A stretch of DNA of 64,000 nt from an uncultured Candidatus Peribacteria bacterium (GCA_964383675.1 CAYLHX010000002.1:8505-72504), one strand, 5' to 3'. Shown: positions 7,513-17,520, numbered from the stretch's first letter. The notes: generated by a model from the letters alone, not told the origin. Numbers and translations: made by a program.

Positions 7513-10479
7513 ATGGCTTTAGGAAAGGGAAGAGTACCGGATAATTTTTACGGGGTACCTAACGATAGAGATTCTATTGTTCAAAGTGGTGAAAATCTGT
7601 TTTGGGGTTTTGAGCCCGATTTGGTGAGGTCTGTTGTGGGAAATCAAGCTAGAGCTGTAGATGATTTGTCTGCAATTGATGGGGTTAAGGAGGTTTTTGT
7701 TGGAATGCAGGCTGATCCCGCTAGGTCTAGATCGGTTTTTGTGGCCAATGAACATGAAAGAGCTTTGTTGGCCAGGGGGCAAATGTTGCCTTTGGGGTTT
7801 GAAGATACGGTTTTTCCTAGAACGGAAGGAGTGAAGAGTGACGCCGCTGCCAATATTTTGATGGATCCAACTGTTAGAGTCGCTGGCGTAAATACGGCCT
7901 GGACCGATGATGCCGTGAGAAGATGGTTGGATACGGCTATAAATAATCGTCCCAATAAGGGAAGAGTTGGAATTATTGGTTTGGGAAATATTGGTCAGAA
8001 TACGTTGAATGCGCTTATTACCAATAGTGCTTATTTGGCTCAACATGGAGTAAAATCGCCATTGCGGACGGTAAACGTTTTTCATGATCCTCATCCGGAA
8101 TATAGAGCACGTGTTTTGGAGGCTCGCCACATAAACAATCAGGCAAGAGTTAAGATTAATACCTTTGAGGAATCTGAAATCGATGATTTTTATAGTAATA
8201 CCGATATAGTGCTCTTCATTGTTTCCAAAGGAATACCGCCGGTGGAGATAGTTGATCCGTTAATTGATGTTCGAATGCTGCAGTTCAATTCGAATTTGAA
8301 TGAGCTTAGAAGATATATCAACAATGCGGAAAGAGCCGGTTTTAGAGGTACTTTTGTGGTGGTGTCGGATCCGCCGGAGCATTTGGCAACCGCTATTCAT
8401 TATGAGATGGCGGAAAGGTTGGCTTCCGGTGTGGCTACTAATGGTTTGATTGGGAATCACCAAGTAGTCGCCGAGGCCGGTATGATAAACTATGCGAGGG
8501 CGGAGCACACTATGGCTGGATTGGATGAACAGAGAGCTATGGATGGTGCTATGTTGCAAGACTTTCGTAGTCATGGCTATGTTTTTGGCCCCCACGGCAG
8601 AGGTTTATTGGTTGCCAACGATGTGAGGCCGGGAAGATTTGATTCTAATTTGTCAGCAGTAGCTTCTGTGCGAACAGGAAATTCAAATTTTGAAGTTAGA
8701 GCGCTTGGAAAATTACCTTTTACCGCTCCGGGTATGGATCAGGCCTTAGCGGTCGGTAGAATGCTTGACGGTAAAGATTTGCCTATTTCGGTCGGTCTAT
8801 ATGGAGTTGTCTCAGGTTTAAGGGCTAGGTTGCATGATCTTGGGGCGTTTGAAATTAGAGCTTTTCCGGATGTGGATCCGCGATTGGTTGTGGCGGCGAA
8901 AGATTCTTATAATTTAATCGATTCCACGACAGCGGTCGCGGCCGGGATAGATGGTACTCGTAACCCTATGCCCCTTAGACCTACGGCTTTCTGGGCCAAT
9001 GGAGTAATAACCGGTGACGCATTGTTGACTCGCATTGAACCGATGTGTTCCGGAAGAGATATAATGAACTGGAACGCAAACATTGTTGCAAAGCACCATT
9101 TTGCTAACAGGCAGGGAAGGATTTATCTTCCCGAAGACGATGAGGATGTAAAAGCATTGGTAGATGATACAATGGCGGTTTTGGGAGATGAACGTTCTTA
9201 TAAGGTTTTAACCGAAGATGATGGTACGAGAGGGGAGAAGCCTAATGAAGATTTGATTCATACAAATCGTCTGGTTAATGGTGTGGGCGTTGTAAATGTG
9301 AAAAAAATTCGTAATCCTAAACAGTTTAATCTGGAAATGTATCGAACAAGATTTCAGATATTTTTGCAGGTTGATGTCGAGGTTGATAACGTGTCGGCAA
9401 TTGATTTGGTAAAGAAGCTAAAGGCTGAAGGTGGTATGGTTTTAGGATTCACTCCCAGAACTCATTCGTCATCACCGGTTTTGCACTTTGGCTTTATCGG
9501 CGATCGTGTTGGTATTGATCGGGAATCGCCAACTTTGCCGCTTCGCAGTACTTTGACCGGTTTTGAGAAGGCCGCTAAGCATTTGGAGCATTGGAGAGTG
9601 CTTTTTGATCAAATAAAGGAAAAGGTCGCCGAGGGATTTGGTCTTGCTGTTGGTCATAGAGGGGCTGCGCGTCGTATCGCCCCTGATTTTAGAGATCAGG
9701 TAATTGTGGAAAGTAAGCGTGAAGTTAGGAAGGATTCTGTACTTAAAGCTGTTTTGCCGGATAAGGCTCAGTATGATTTGGTTCCTAGTATGTATGAACA
9801 CATCTCTTATGTAATTGAAGCGGTGGAAAACTTGGTGGCTATTTTGGGAGTGGAGAGTGAAGTTGATGAGACTGTCATTAGAAGAATGGCTGCTTTGCAT
9901 GATTTGGGTAAGGCTGTTTATTTGCGACTGAATCATTATTATCAGGCAATGAAATTACAGAGTAAGTGCTGTGCTGGTGATGAAGTTAGGGCACTTGATC
10001 CGGACGAAATAGGGAAACCGTCAACGCATTGGAAATATGGTTTGTTTATTGAGGATCTGCGTAAAGGGAATAAGATTGAATTGCCTGAAGAGTTGCGGGA
10101 ATTTGCAGACTTTTTGAATCCGGAAACCGGGGAGATTGCCAAAGATACTGAAATTTCCAAAAGAATTCTGGCAAAATCGAATTTGCAGGAAAAGCAGCCG
10201 GAGTTAAATGCCGCTTTAATGAGATTTTATGATTTGGATACCACTTTTGACCCTCAGGATTTATATGCTTTGATTGTTGAATTAGCCGACAACTTAAGCG
10301 ACTATGGCAGACTTAATGATTTGAACGATATCTTGAAATATCTTGGCTACAAGGAAGCCTATGCCTTGAAGAGATATGGCCAAAGTGAGGAGGCACGTCT
10401 AAATATCGAACTTAAATTTGCCAACTTGCGTACTGCTACAATTCAATTATATGAAAGGAATGGTAAGAACCATGCCTAA
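7513..10479 (+). CDS. Large multidomain protein: unknown N-terminal region, LDH/MDH-like Rossmann oxidoreductase domain, unknown middle region, C-terminal HD-domain phosphohydrolase-like region
   Basis: GRVGIIGLGNIGQN is a GxGxxG dinucleotide fold. TDIVLFIVSKG...DVRMLQFNSNLNELRRYINNAERAGFRGTFVVVSDPPEHL parallels the LDH/MDH ITAG...R..L...N..I....VVSNPVD arrangement. FGPHGRG sits at the position of the catalytic-His GEHGDS segment. The C-terminus has H...AALHDLGK...ELADNLSD, an HD-domain pattern. Confidence 0.5.
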   Translation: MALGKGRVPDNFYGVPNDRDSIVQSGENLFWGFEPDLVRSVVGNQARAVDDLSAIDGVKEVFVGMQADPARSRSVFVANEHERALLARGQMLPLGFEDTVFPRTEGVKSDAAANILMDPTVRVAGVNTAWTDDAVRRWLDTAINNRPNKGRVGIIGLGNIGQNTLNALITNSAYLAQHGVKSPLRTVNVFHDPHPEYRARVLEARHINNQARVKINTFEESEIDDFYSNTDIVLFIVSKGIPPVEIVDPLIDVRMLQFNSNLNELRRYINNAERAGFRGTFVVVSDPPEHLATAIHYEMAERLASGVATNGLIGNHQVVAEAGMINYARAEHTMAGLDEQRAMDGAMLQDFRSHGYVFGPHGRGLLVANDVRPGRFDSNLSAVASVRTGNSNFEVRALGKLPFTAPGMDQALAVGRMLDGKDLPISVGLYGVVSGLRARLHDLGAFEIRAFPDVDPRLVVAAKDSYNLIDSTTAVAAGIDGTRNPMPLRPTAFWANGVITGDALLTRIEPMCSGRDIMNWNANIVAKHHFANRQGRIYLPEDDEDVKALVDDTMAVLGDERSYKVLTEDDGTRGEKPNEDLIHTNRLVNGVGVVNVKKIRNPKQFNLEMYRTRFQIFLQVDVEVDNVSAIDLVKKLKAEGGMVLGFTPRTHSSSPVLHFGFIGDRVGIDRESPTLPLRSTLTGFEKAAKHLEHWRVLFDQIKEKVAEGFGLAVGHRGAARRIAPDFRDQVIVESKREVRKDSVLKAVLPDKAQYDLVPSMYEHISYVIEAVENLVAILGVESEVDETVIRRMAALHDLGKAVYLRLNHYYQAMKLQSKCCAGDEVRALDPDEIGKPSTHWKYGLFIEDLRKGNKIELPEELREFADFLNPETGEIAKDTEISKRILAKSNLQEKQPELNAALMRFYDLDTTFDPQDLYALIVELADNLSDYGRLNDLNDILKYLGYKEAYALKRYGQSEEARLNIELKFANLRTATIQLYERNGKNHA

Positions 10480-10481
10480 GA

Positions 10482-10943
10482 CTATTCTACAAATATTCCT
10501 TCTTCCCCATTCTTGCAGGGAGCGCTGTTTTCTGTGATTAGTGCGATGATTTCGGCATCTTGTTCATATTTTTGCAGGATGGCAATCATACCCTCGTTGT
10601 TGTCAACCGGTAGTCCGTGTTTGGCATAAGTTTCATTTATTTTTTGGCTGATTTCTTCAGAATTTTCCAAAAGCGCGGGATTTTTTAGTAGCTCACAAGT
10701 GAACTCAATGTTGGCGTTTATGAAACCGGGGCGATATTTTGTTTCGATGTCTGCTTCGGCGATAGGGGAGTCGTTACGCTCGGAAGCTGTTGAACTTTCT
10801 GTATCTTCCTCTTCCGTGAGATTTTCTGTGTTTTCAGTGGAATCATCATCTGTTTTTGTTCGTACTTCGCAGCTTTTAAAAATGAATATTCCGGCGAGCG
10901 CCAGGATTAGAATTATCACAAATATCATGAGGACTTTTTTCAT
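10482..10943 (-). CDS. Hypothetical membrane-anchored acidic protein
   Basis: An N-terminal hydrophobic helix (VLMIFVIILILALAGIFIF) is followed by an E/D/T/S-rich linker. No recognisable domain. It converges on the 988-aa gene with a 2-nt gap. Confidence 0.5.
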   Translation of the reverse strand: MKKVLMIFVIILILALAGIFIFKSCEVRTKTDDDSTENTENLTEEEDTESSTASERNDSPIAEADIETKYRPGFINANIEFTCELLKNPALLENSEEISQKINETYAKHGLPVDNNEGMIAILQKYEQDAEIIALITENSAPCKNGEEGIFVE

Positions 10944-10980
10944 GTTTTTATTGTGCAGAATTTTTGAGTGCTGGGCAAAT

Positions 10981-11010
10981 AAAAAGTTCTCCTTTGAGGA
11001 GAACTTTTTT
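10981..11010 (-). terminator. Intrinsic terminator, copy 1 of a repeated hairpin family (AAAAAGTTCTCC-N5-GGAGAACTTTTT)
   Basis: Perfect 12-bp stem aaaaagttctcc / ggagaacttttt with 5-nt loop tttga. On the minus strand it reads hairpin then T-rich tract, directly after the TPR gene stop at 11035. Confidence 0.7.
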
Positions 11011-11034
11011 GAACCATGTCTTTAAGTCTAATCA

Positions 11035-11640
11035 TTACTTTGTCTTTTTGCTTCTTAGTTTTTCATATTCTCTTTGGAAAAATCTTACCGCGTTAAGACA
11101 CTCTTTCGCTTTTTGATTGTCGGGTTCAACTTGTAGGGTTTTTTTGAATAGATTGGCAGACTTGTCAAAATCTTTTTCGTTTAAATAACAAACACCAAGG
11201 TCATTTAGAATTAATGGATCGTTTGGTGCCAGAAACAGAGATCTTTCCAATAGAATTATTCCTCTCTTTGGCTGACCGAAGTGATACATGCTCCAACCAA
11301 GACATCTTAATATTTCCGGATGATTTGGATAAACTTTGTCGGCTTTTTCCAGAAGTTCAACGGAAAGTTTCCAGCTACCGGTGCAAGAATAAACAAAACC
11401 TAAAAGGTAGTTGGCGTTGGCACTGTCTTTGTTGATCTTTATTGCCTGCTTTAGAGCCTTTTCGGCTTTGTCATACTTTCGTAGACTTAAATAGTTGTCG
11501 CCTATTTCTTCATAGGCTTCCTGGCAGCTCAAGTCCGAAGCTAAGATCTTTTCACAAAGTCTAATAGCCTCGAGGTGTTTTCCCTCATTCTTTTTTTTGT
11601 CTGCCTCCTCAATCAGAGGGTGAACTTGGTATTCTGACAT
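11035..11640 (-). CDS. Tetratricopeptide (TPR) repeat protein
   Basis: Repeated 34-aa A/Y/L-pattern units (e.g. EAYEEIGDNYLSLRKYDKAEKALKQAIKINKDSA, NANYLLGFVYSCTGSWKLSVELLEKADKVYPNHP). Confidence 0.75.
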   Translation of the reverse strand: MSEYQVHPLIEEADKKKNEGKHLEAIRLCEKILASDLSCQEAYEEIGDNYLSLRKYDKAEKALKQAIKINKDSANANYLLGFVYSCTGSWKLSVELLEKADKVYPNHPEILRCLGWSMYHFGQPKRGIILLERSLFLAPNDPLILNDLGVCYLNEKDFDKSANLFKKTLQVEPDNQKAKECLNAVRFFQREYEKLRSKKTK

Positions 11641-11715
11641 GGTTTTGTTTTTTATTTTTATTTTGGATTTTTGGTACGTCTGTACTCGACGTATTGGGTC
11701 ATTATATCTGAAATC

Positions 11716-12573
11716 TTATTTTAAATCAAGATTCCGAATGTAATGTTTTAAATCCTTGCTTAGTTCTTGGTGCTGCAAGCCGAAGTGAATTACCGCTTTT
11801 AGATAATCCAGTTTGTTGCCGGTGTCGAAGCGTGTACCTTTTATTTCGCAGCCAAAAATTGGTGCTGAATCCAGATAATCGATCATTCCATCGATCAGGC
11901 GCAACTCCTTGTCTTTGGTTTTTGAACTTGCTTTACTGAGGGTTTTTAGTAGCTCGGGAGTGATAATATATTTTCCGGTTAGAGCAAGATTTCCGGGAGC
12001 TTTGTTTGGTTTTGGCTTTTCAACCAGTTTGCTGACAATCTGATTTTTATCCATTTTGGCGATACCATATTTTTCGGTTTCGTTTTTTGGAATACTGGCC
12101 AGCGAGACGACAGGCCCTTTATGTTTTTCATAAACTTCAATCATCTGTTTTAACGGTGGAACCTTGCTATCCCAAATATCATCACCGAAAAGTACGGCGA
12201 AGGGTTCGTCCTTCACAAGTTCCTGAGCGCAGAGAATGGCGTCGCCGTCACCTTTAGGGAAGGGTTGTCGAACGTATATGAACTTAGCCAGCTTTTCTAT
12301 TCGTTCAACCATTTTGAGAGCCTGGGTCTGCTTTTTCGCTTTTAGATGCGCGTGTAGTTCGAAGGAGTGGTCGAAATAGTCTTCGATAGATCTCTTGCCA
12401 CGACCGGTTATAATTATGATCTCTTTGATGCCGCTGGCTACCGCCTCTTCCACCAGATATTGAATACAGGGTTTGTCTACAATCGGCAGCATTTCTTTGG
12501 GCTGTGATTTTGTGGCAGGCAAAAAACGTGTTCCCAAACCGGCTGCCGGAATTATGGCCTTCTTAATTTTCAT
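11716..12573 (-). CDS. galU: UTP--glucose-1-phosphate uridylyltransferase
   Basis: N-terminus KAIIPAAGLGTRFLPATKSQPKEMLPIVDKP is the GalU signature. 285 aa. Confidence 0.9.
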   Translation of the reverse strand: MKIKKAIIPAAGLGTRFLPATKSQPKEMLPIVDKPCIQYLVEEAVASGIKEIIIITGRGKRSIEDYFDHSFELHAHLKAKKQTQALKMVERIEKLAKFIYVRQPFPKGDGDAILCAQELVKDEPFAVLFGDDIWDSKVPPLKQMIEVYEKHKGPVVSLASIPKNETEKYGIAKMDKNQIVSKLVEKPKPNKAPGNLALTGKYIITPELLKTLSKASSKTKDKELRLIDGMIDYLDSAPIFGCEIKGTRFDTGNKLDYLKAVIHFGLQHQELSKDLKHYIRNLDLK

Positions 12574-12962
12574 GCTTTGATCTTGATTATCTGCGTGCGT
12601 TCTTTTTTATTTTTGGCGATGCGAATTTCCAAGATGTTGTCTTCAAAGCTGGCTGATATTTTATTGGTATCGGCTTCAAGCGGTAGGACAATTGAGCGGG
12701 AAAAGTTTCCCCAGAAGCACTCCTTGGTGTAGTAATTTTCTTCGGGGACCTCTTCTCTCAGTGTTCTTTGACCTTTTATTACCAATACTTCATCTGTAAG
12801 GGAGAGTTGGATATCTTCCTTTTTTACGCCGGCAACCGGAGCCAGAATGACAATTTCACTATCTGTGTAGTAGATATCCAGTGAAAGCTGTCCCACCTCT
12901 TTTTTAAGTGGCTCCTTGTCTTCGTGAGGTAGGGGATGAATTTTGATGCTTGAATTATTCAT
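12570..12962 (-). CDS. Hsp20/alpha-crystallin family small heat-shock protein
   Basis: Alpha-crystallin domain pattern (VILAPVAGVKKEDIQLSLTDEVLVIKGQR...FSRSIVLPLEADTNKISASFEDNILEIRIAK). Overlaps the galU start by 4 nt. Confidence 0.8.
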   Translation of the reverse strand: MNNSSIKIHPLPHEDKEPLKKEVGQLSLDIYYTDSEIVILAPVAGVKKEDIQLSLTDEVLVIKGQRTLREEVPEENYYTKECFWGNFSRSIVLPLEADTNKISASFEDNILEIRIAKNKKERTQIIKIKA

Positions 12963-12974
12963 TTTGAAACTGTT

Positions 12975-14825
12975 TTAAACAGCAACTTTTTTGGGTGTTT
13001 TGTTCTTTTTAAAATATTTTTTAAACTCCACGGCATCAAGGGTCTCTTTTTTCATAAGATCCTGGGCGATTTCGTCGATGAGTTTCTTGTTTTTGGTAAT
13101 TAAATCTTTGGTACGGGTGTACGCTTTATCGATGATTTTCTTAACCAGAGAATCGATCTTAGCGGCGCTTTCTTCAGAATAGTCCCTCACGTGGCCGTAG
13201 TTTTTGCCTAGGAAAATCTCATCATTCGGATCACCGAAGATGATCGGTCCCATTTCGCTCATACCGTATCTGGTAACCATGTTTGTGGCTATTTTCTTAG
13301 CTTTTTGCAGGTCGTTGGAGGCTCCGGTGGTCATCTCGCCAAAGAAAACTTGTTCGGCGGTGTAGCCGCCAAGTAACGCGCAAAGTTCGTCTTCAAACTT
13401 GCTGCGAGAGTGCAGGTGTTTGTCTTCTTCCGGTAGAAACCAGGTGACACCGAGCGCCATTCCGCGCGAAATAATGGATATTTTGTGGACCGGATCGCAG
13501 CCTGGTAATAGATGCCCCACTACGGCGTGTCCCACTTCGTGGTAGGCGGTGATCTCCTTTTCTTTTTTGCCAAGTACTTTGGATTTTCGCTCCGGACCCA
13601 TCAAAACTTTTTCGATGGAAGATTCCAGATGTCTCATGGAAACCTCTTTTTTGTTTTCTTTGGCTGCCGCGATTGCCGCTTCGTTCATCAAGTTCTCGAG
13701 ATCGGCGCCGGTGAATCCCGGAGTTGATTTGGCGATCTTGTTTAATTCTACGTCTTTGGCCAGCGGTTTATTGCGACCATGAACTTTCAGGATGGATTCA
13801 CGAGCTTTGAGGTCCGGCATGTCTACCATAACCCGGCGATCGAAACGACCGGGTCTTAATAGTGCCGGATCTAGGATGTCGGGACGGTTGGTGGCGGCGA
13901 CAACAATAACTGTTGTTCCTTTATCAAAGCCGTCCATTTCTGTAAGGATTTGGTTTAATGTTTGTTCTCTTTCATCGTGACCTCCCCCCATGCCGGCACC
14001 ACGGTGGCGACCAACTGCATCAATTTCGTCGATAAAGATAATACAGGGAGCGTTGCGTTTTGCTTTATTGAAGAGGTCGCGCACACGGGATGCACCTACA
14101 CCTACAAACATTTCCACGAATTCCGAACCGGAAATACTGAAGAATGGCACGTCAGCTTCTCCGGCAACTGCTCTGGCCAAGAGGGTTTTTCCTGTACCGG
14201 GCGCGCCAACCAGCATTACACCCTTAGGTATCTTGGCTCCGATTTTTTGATATTTTTGCGGTTTCTTTAGGAAGTCGACCACCTCTTCAAGTTCGTTTTT
14301 GGCCTCATCGGCTCCGGCCACATCTTCAAAGGTGGTTTTCTGTTTGGTCTTGTCATAAAGTTTTGCCTTGGATTTGCCGAAGGACATGGCCTGATTGTTG
14401 CTGGATTGTGCAGATCTCATCATAAAGACGAAAAAGCCGATTATCAGTAGAAAGGGGATAATGCCTATTAGAAGGTCGGTCCAGAAGGCGCTACCTTCGC
14501 TATCTTCAACATGAACCGGAAGGGTTGAGATTACGTCATCATCTACGCCGGATTTTTCCAGGACTTCGTATACTGTGGACCCCGGTTCCTTAAAAGTGTG
14601 TTGTTTGGTGCCGTCGACCAGTTCCAGGTTTAATTTGTTTCCGCTAATGGATATTTGATGAATTGTGCCGCTGTTAACTTCTTCAATGAATTTATTTAAA
14701 GTTATTTCGGTCGAGCTGCTTTGCCCGGGATTGAACATCATGGCAAAAGCGGCTACCAGAAGGGCTATGATCACGATATATAGTAGGGGACTTCTCGGTT
14801 GTTTTGGCGTTTGTAGAACAGGCAT
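12975..14825 (-). CDS. ftsH: ATP-dependent zinc metalloprotease FtsH
   Basis: Two N-terminal TM segments, AAA+ Walker [18 protein letters not shown], Walker [10 protein letters not shown] and the zinc motif HEVGHAV. Confidence 0.95.
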   Translation of the reverse strand: MPVLQTPKQPRSPLLYIVIIALLVAAFAMMFNPGQSSSTEITLNKFIEEVNSGTIHQISISGNKLNLELVDGTKQHTFKEPGSTVYEVLEKSGVDDDVISTLPVHVEDSEGSAFWTDLLIGIIPFLLIIGFFVFMMRSAQSSNNQAMSFGKSKAKLYDKTKQKTTFEDVAGADEAKNELEEVVDFLKKPQKYQKIGAKIPKGVMLVGAPGTGKTLLARAVAGEADVPFFSISGSEFVEMFVGVGASRVRDLFNKAKRNAPCIIFIDEIDAVGRHRGAGMGGGHDEREQTLNQILTEMDGFDKGTTVIVVAATNRPDILDPALLRPGRFDRRVMVDMPDLKARESILKVHGRNKPLAKDVELNKIAKSTPGFTGADLENLMNEAAIAAAKENKKEVSMRHLESSIEKVLMGPERKSKVLGKKEKEITAYHEVGHAVVGHLLPGCDPVHKISIISRGMALGVTWFLPEEDKHLHSRSKFEDELCALLGGYTAEQVFFGEMTTGASNDLQKAKKIATNMVTRYGMSEMGPIIFGDPNDEIFLGKNYGHVRDYSEESAAKIDSLVKKIIDKAYTRTKDLITKNKKLIDEIAQDLMKKETLDAVEFKKYFKKNKTPKKVAV

Positions 14826-14907
14826 AAGGTTTTTGTCTTTAATTAAGGTAAGTAAGTGTAATTAATAGTGGACTTTTTCTGAGATTTTTTCAAGCGTATT
14901 AAGTGTT

Positions 14908-15903
14908 TTAATTCTTTTTGAATGTTACAACATTGTTTTTCAAGGAAAAGGCTAGTGGGCCCAGTTTTTTTTCTTTATTACCAACGTTTTTTTCGATTAA
15001 ATTCAGGATTTCATCTATGTGTATGCTCTCTAAATTTTGGGTGTTACCAACATATTTTTTGTAGATTTCGCGAATAATATTTTTCTGTAGAATTTTTGGG
15101 GTTTTTAAAAAATCTTTGGCATTTATTTTGTTTGCGGTATTTTCGTTGTTTTGTAACCATTTTTGAGCTTCTTCGCTTAAGTACTCGTTGGTCTCACGCA
15201 GATTTTGGCTGTTTTTGGCCAAAGTTTTAGCCAGGGCGGGATTGATCTTCAGTAGTTCCGGAACCACATTCAGTCTGACGTGATTTCTTTGGTATTGAGT
15301 ATCTTGATTACTCTCATCTTCCTGATAACTCAGTTTTTTGAATTTGAGGTAGTTTAAGATCTCTGTTTTGGAAATATTGATCAGTGGACGTAGCAGAATT
15401 TTACAATCGACGAGCTCTTCTTTTTCTTGCATGCCTTGAAGACCTTGAATGCTAGCCCCTCGAGCCAAATTTAAAATTACGGTTTCCAGGTTGTCATCGG
15501 CGTGGTGTGCGGTGATTATATAAGGAGTTTGATATTTTTCCGCCAGTTTCTTGAAAAAATCATATCTTACTTCGCGGCCGGTGGCCTCGATTCCTTGTTT
15601 TTTTTCTTCGGACAGTTTTTTGATATCTGCGCTTATGGTTTCGAAGACGGCGTTAGGAATGTTTTCGGTTAACGTCTTTACGAAGATGGCCTCTTTTTTG
15701 CTTTCCTGGCGCAGTTTATGATCAACATGTGCCACAATCAGTTTTTTACTGTGTTTTTGGAGAAAGTGTAAGAGGAATATGGAGTCCGGGCCGCCGGAGA
15801 TGGCGGCGATCGCCGCCATCTCCGGCGGCAACACCTTTCTTAGCACTGCCTGAACCTGTCTCTCGAGTTTTTGAACTTCCTGTTGTTTGATCGGGGTTGT
15901 CAT
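14908..15903 (-). CDS. tilS: tRNA(Ile)-lysidine synthase
   Basis: PP-loop SGGPDS near the N-terminus and the HHADDNLETVILNL segment typical of TilS. Confidence 0.85.
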   Translation of the reverse strand: MTTPIKQQEVQKLERQVQAVLRKVLPPEMAAIAAISGGPDSIFLLHFLQKHSKKLIVAHVDHKLRQESKKEAIFVKTLTENIPNAVFETISADIKKLSEEKKQGIEATGREVRYDFFKKLAEKYQTPYIITAHHADDNLETVILNLARGASIQGLQGMQEKEELVDCKILLRPLINISKTEILNYLKFKKLSYQEDESNQDTQYQRNHVRLNVVPELLKINPALAKTLAKNSQNLRETNEYLSEEAQKWLQNNENTANKINAKDFLKTPKILQKNIIREIYKKYVGNTQNLESIHIDEILNLIEKNVGNKEKKLGPLAFSLKNNVVTFKKN

Positions 15904-15907
15904 TATT

Positions 15908-16213
15908 TTAACTTTGACTTAGTAAAATTATCTCTTCGAAATTGTCATCGTCCGCCGCTTTATTGGGAATAACTTTAGCGCATTTTGTGCATTTATGGAA
16001 AATCATCCAGCCTTTTTTGCCGTTTTGTTCTACGCGAAAAGGTCTCATCAGTTTTTTGCAGTTACTCAATCTGTCTCCGGGGATTTCTTTATCCAAGTGT
16101 AGGGAAAATAAGCATTTGCGGCAATGATTGCGGCAACTACCTGGTAATTTCGGGTTATTTTCTCCGCAATTTTCACAGACAAACTCTTCATTTATCACGA
16201 TGAAGTTTTTCAC
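15908..16213 (-). CDS. RNHCP-domain zinc-ribbon protein
   Basis: FVCENCGENNPKLPGSCRNHCRKCLFSLHLD...HKCTKCAK matches the RNHCP domain pattern. The listed ORF extends to 16309, but that N-terminus (MMFFSFRFFIFISIY) is promoter-like AT-rich sequence and overlaps the divergent gene starting at 16294. A GTG at 16213 is the more plausible start. Confidence 0.6.
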   Translation of the reverse strand: MKNFIVINEEFVCENCGENNPKLPGSCRNHCRKCLFSLHLDKEIPGDRLSNCKKLMRPFRVEQNGKKGWMIFHKCTKCAKVIPNKAADDDNFEEIILLSQS

Positions 16214-16293
16214 CAGCCAAATATACCCGTCAAGTGCTTGAATAACAAGTCTAAATGTGGTAGAATATATTGAAATAAAAATAAAAAACCGAA

Positions 16294-16923
16294 ATGAAAA
16301 AAACATCATCTTTGCTCATTCTTGGGATTTTGGTTCTAGTGGGAAGCCTCGGTTACGGCGGCTACCAATTTTGGAATAAATCTCGAATTCATCTGGAGGA
16401 GAAAACGGTGCAGAGTCGGCTGACTACCTTGGAAGAGGAGGTTGCCGGCTATGAAGAGAGGGATGTGCAAGAGGCTATTAATGCCAAAAAGGCTTTGGAT
16501 GAGCTGATTGCAAGTAGAATAGTTTGGTCCAAAGTGATTCAAGATGTGGTGAAAACCGTTCCAAAGGATAACGGAAAGCCGATTGTGGAGATTTTGTCGT
16601 ATTCCGGCTCAAAAAGTAAAGAAATTGTTATGAATATGAAGACCGATCAGGAGGCTGAAACACCTTATTTTGATGTAGCTGATCTTATTGAGGCTTTTGA
16701 TGATGAGAAGAAGTTCATTGAGAACTTTGTACCCGCCATTGCTGCAGGTACCGATCAGGACGGTCGTGAAATTTTGACTTTTTCATTACAGACCAAACAT
16801 TTTGAAGAAGATCCTTTAGCCACGATAAATAGTGACAATAATTTGGAGAATTCAATTGAAAGAGATGAAGAAGAGCTGGGTGAAACCATCGGCGAGGTTT
16901 TGGAAGAATCAGTATCACGTTAA
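16294..16923 (+). CDS. Type IV pilus assembly protein, PilN-like (single N-terminal TM plus coiled coil)
   Basis: N-terminal TM (LLILGILVLVGSLGYGGY) followed by a coiled coil. It sits directly upstream of the PilO-like gene and pilC. Assigned by architecture and context only. Confidence 0.4.
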   Translation: MKKTSSLLILGILVLVGSLGYGGYQFWNKSRIHLEEKTVQSRLTTLEEEVAGYEERDVQEAINAKKALDELIASRIVWSKVIQDVVKTVPKDNGKPIVEILSYSGSKSKEIVMNMKTDQEAETPYFDVADLIEAFDDEKKFIENFVPAIAAGTDQDGREILTFSLQTKHFEEDPLATINSDNNLENSIERDEEELGETIGEVLEESVSR

Positions 16924-16941
16924 ACATTTAACTTTAAAAGC

Positions 16942-17517
16942 ATGTTGGGACAGGAAAAAAATCAAGACGTATCTTTTAGACAGAGTAGTCGTTTGGGGAC
17001 TCTGATTGGTGTCTTTCTGATTTTGCTTAGTGTTTTGATCTACGTTTTCGTGACCAGGCCTTTGGCCGCTGAAGTGAGTACTATGCATAGTTCAATTGCT
17101 GAGAAAAAGGAAAAAACGATGACTTTGGAAAATGAATTGGCACTTTTGCAAAACGCCGAGTCGGAGCTCGATATAACTTCAGTGGTCAAGCAGCAGCAGG
17201 CCACAAAGGCTATTCCTTTGGGCATTAACCAGGACGAGGTGATTAGAGATTTAATCAATATTGCCGACACTTATGATGTTGAACTTAGGTCTTTGAGTTT
17301 CGGACAGGGTGGTAGTGATCAGCAAGATGTGAATTCTTTAAGAATAAACTCCAGTTTCCATGGAAGCTATACCGATTTGATAGGGTTTTTACAGGGATTG
17401 GAGCAAAATGCCCGTCTTTTAAGAGTTAATACTATCTCGGTTCAGCTGGAAGATTTGGGTATCGGTACTGTACAGCGGGCGATATTTACCTTATCGATGG
17501 AAGCATTTTATCAATAG
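16942..17517 (+). CDS. Type IV pilus assembly protein, PilO-like
   Basis: TM helix, a coiled coil, then a C-terminal ferredoxin-like PilO pattern (DEVIRDLINIADTYDVELRSLSFG...INSSFHGSYTDLIGFLQGLEQNARLLRVNTISV). Confidence 0.55.
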   Translation: MLGQEKNQDVSFRQSSRLGTLIGVFLILLSVLIYVFVTRPLAAEVSTMHSSIAEKKEKTMTLENELALLQNAESELDITSVVKQQQATKAIPLGINQDEVIRDLINIADTYDVELRSLSFGQGGSDQQDVNSLRINSSFHGSYTDLIGFLQGLEQNARLLRVNTISVQLEDLGIGTVQRAIFTLSMEAFYQ

Positions 17518-17520
17518 AAT

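Noticed and set aside
7519-8130. Long antisense ORFs listed in the track, e.g. 7519-8130, 5176-5808, 9472-9936, 34410-34985, 37072-37644, 19518-20039, 20881-21348, 48271-48744 and 40918-41334.
   Set aside because: Each lies entirely inside a confidently identified gene on the opposite strand. They have low-complexity or Ser/Leu/Arg-rich translations with no motifs, which is typical of non-coding shadow frames.
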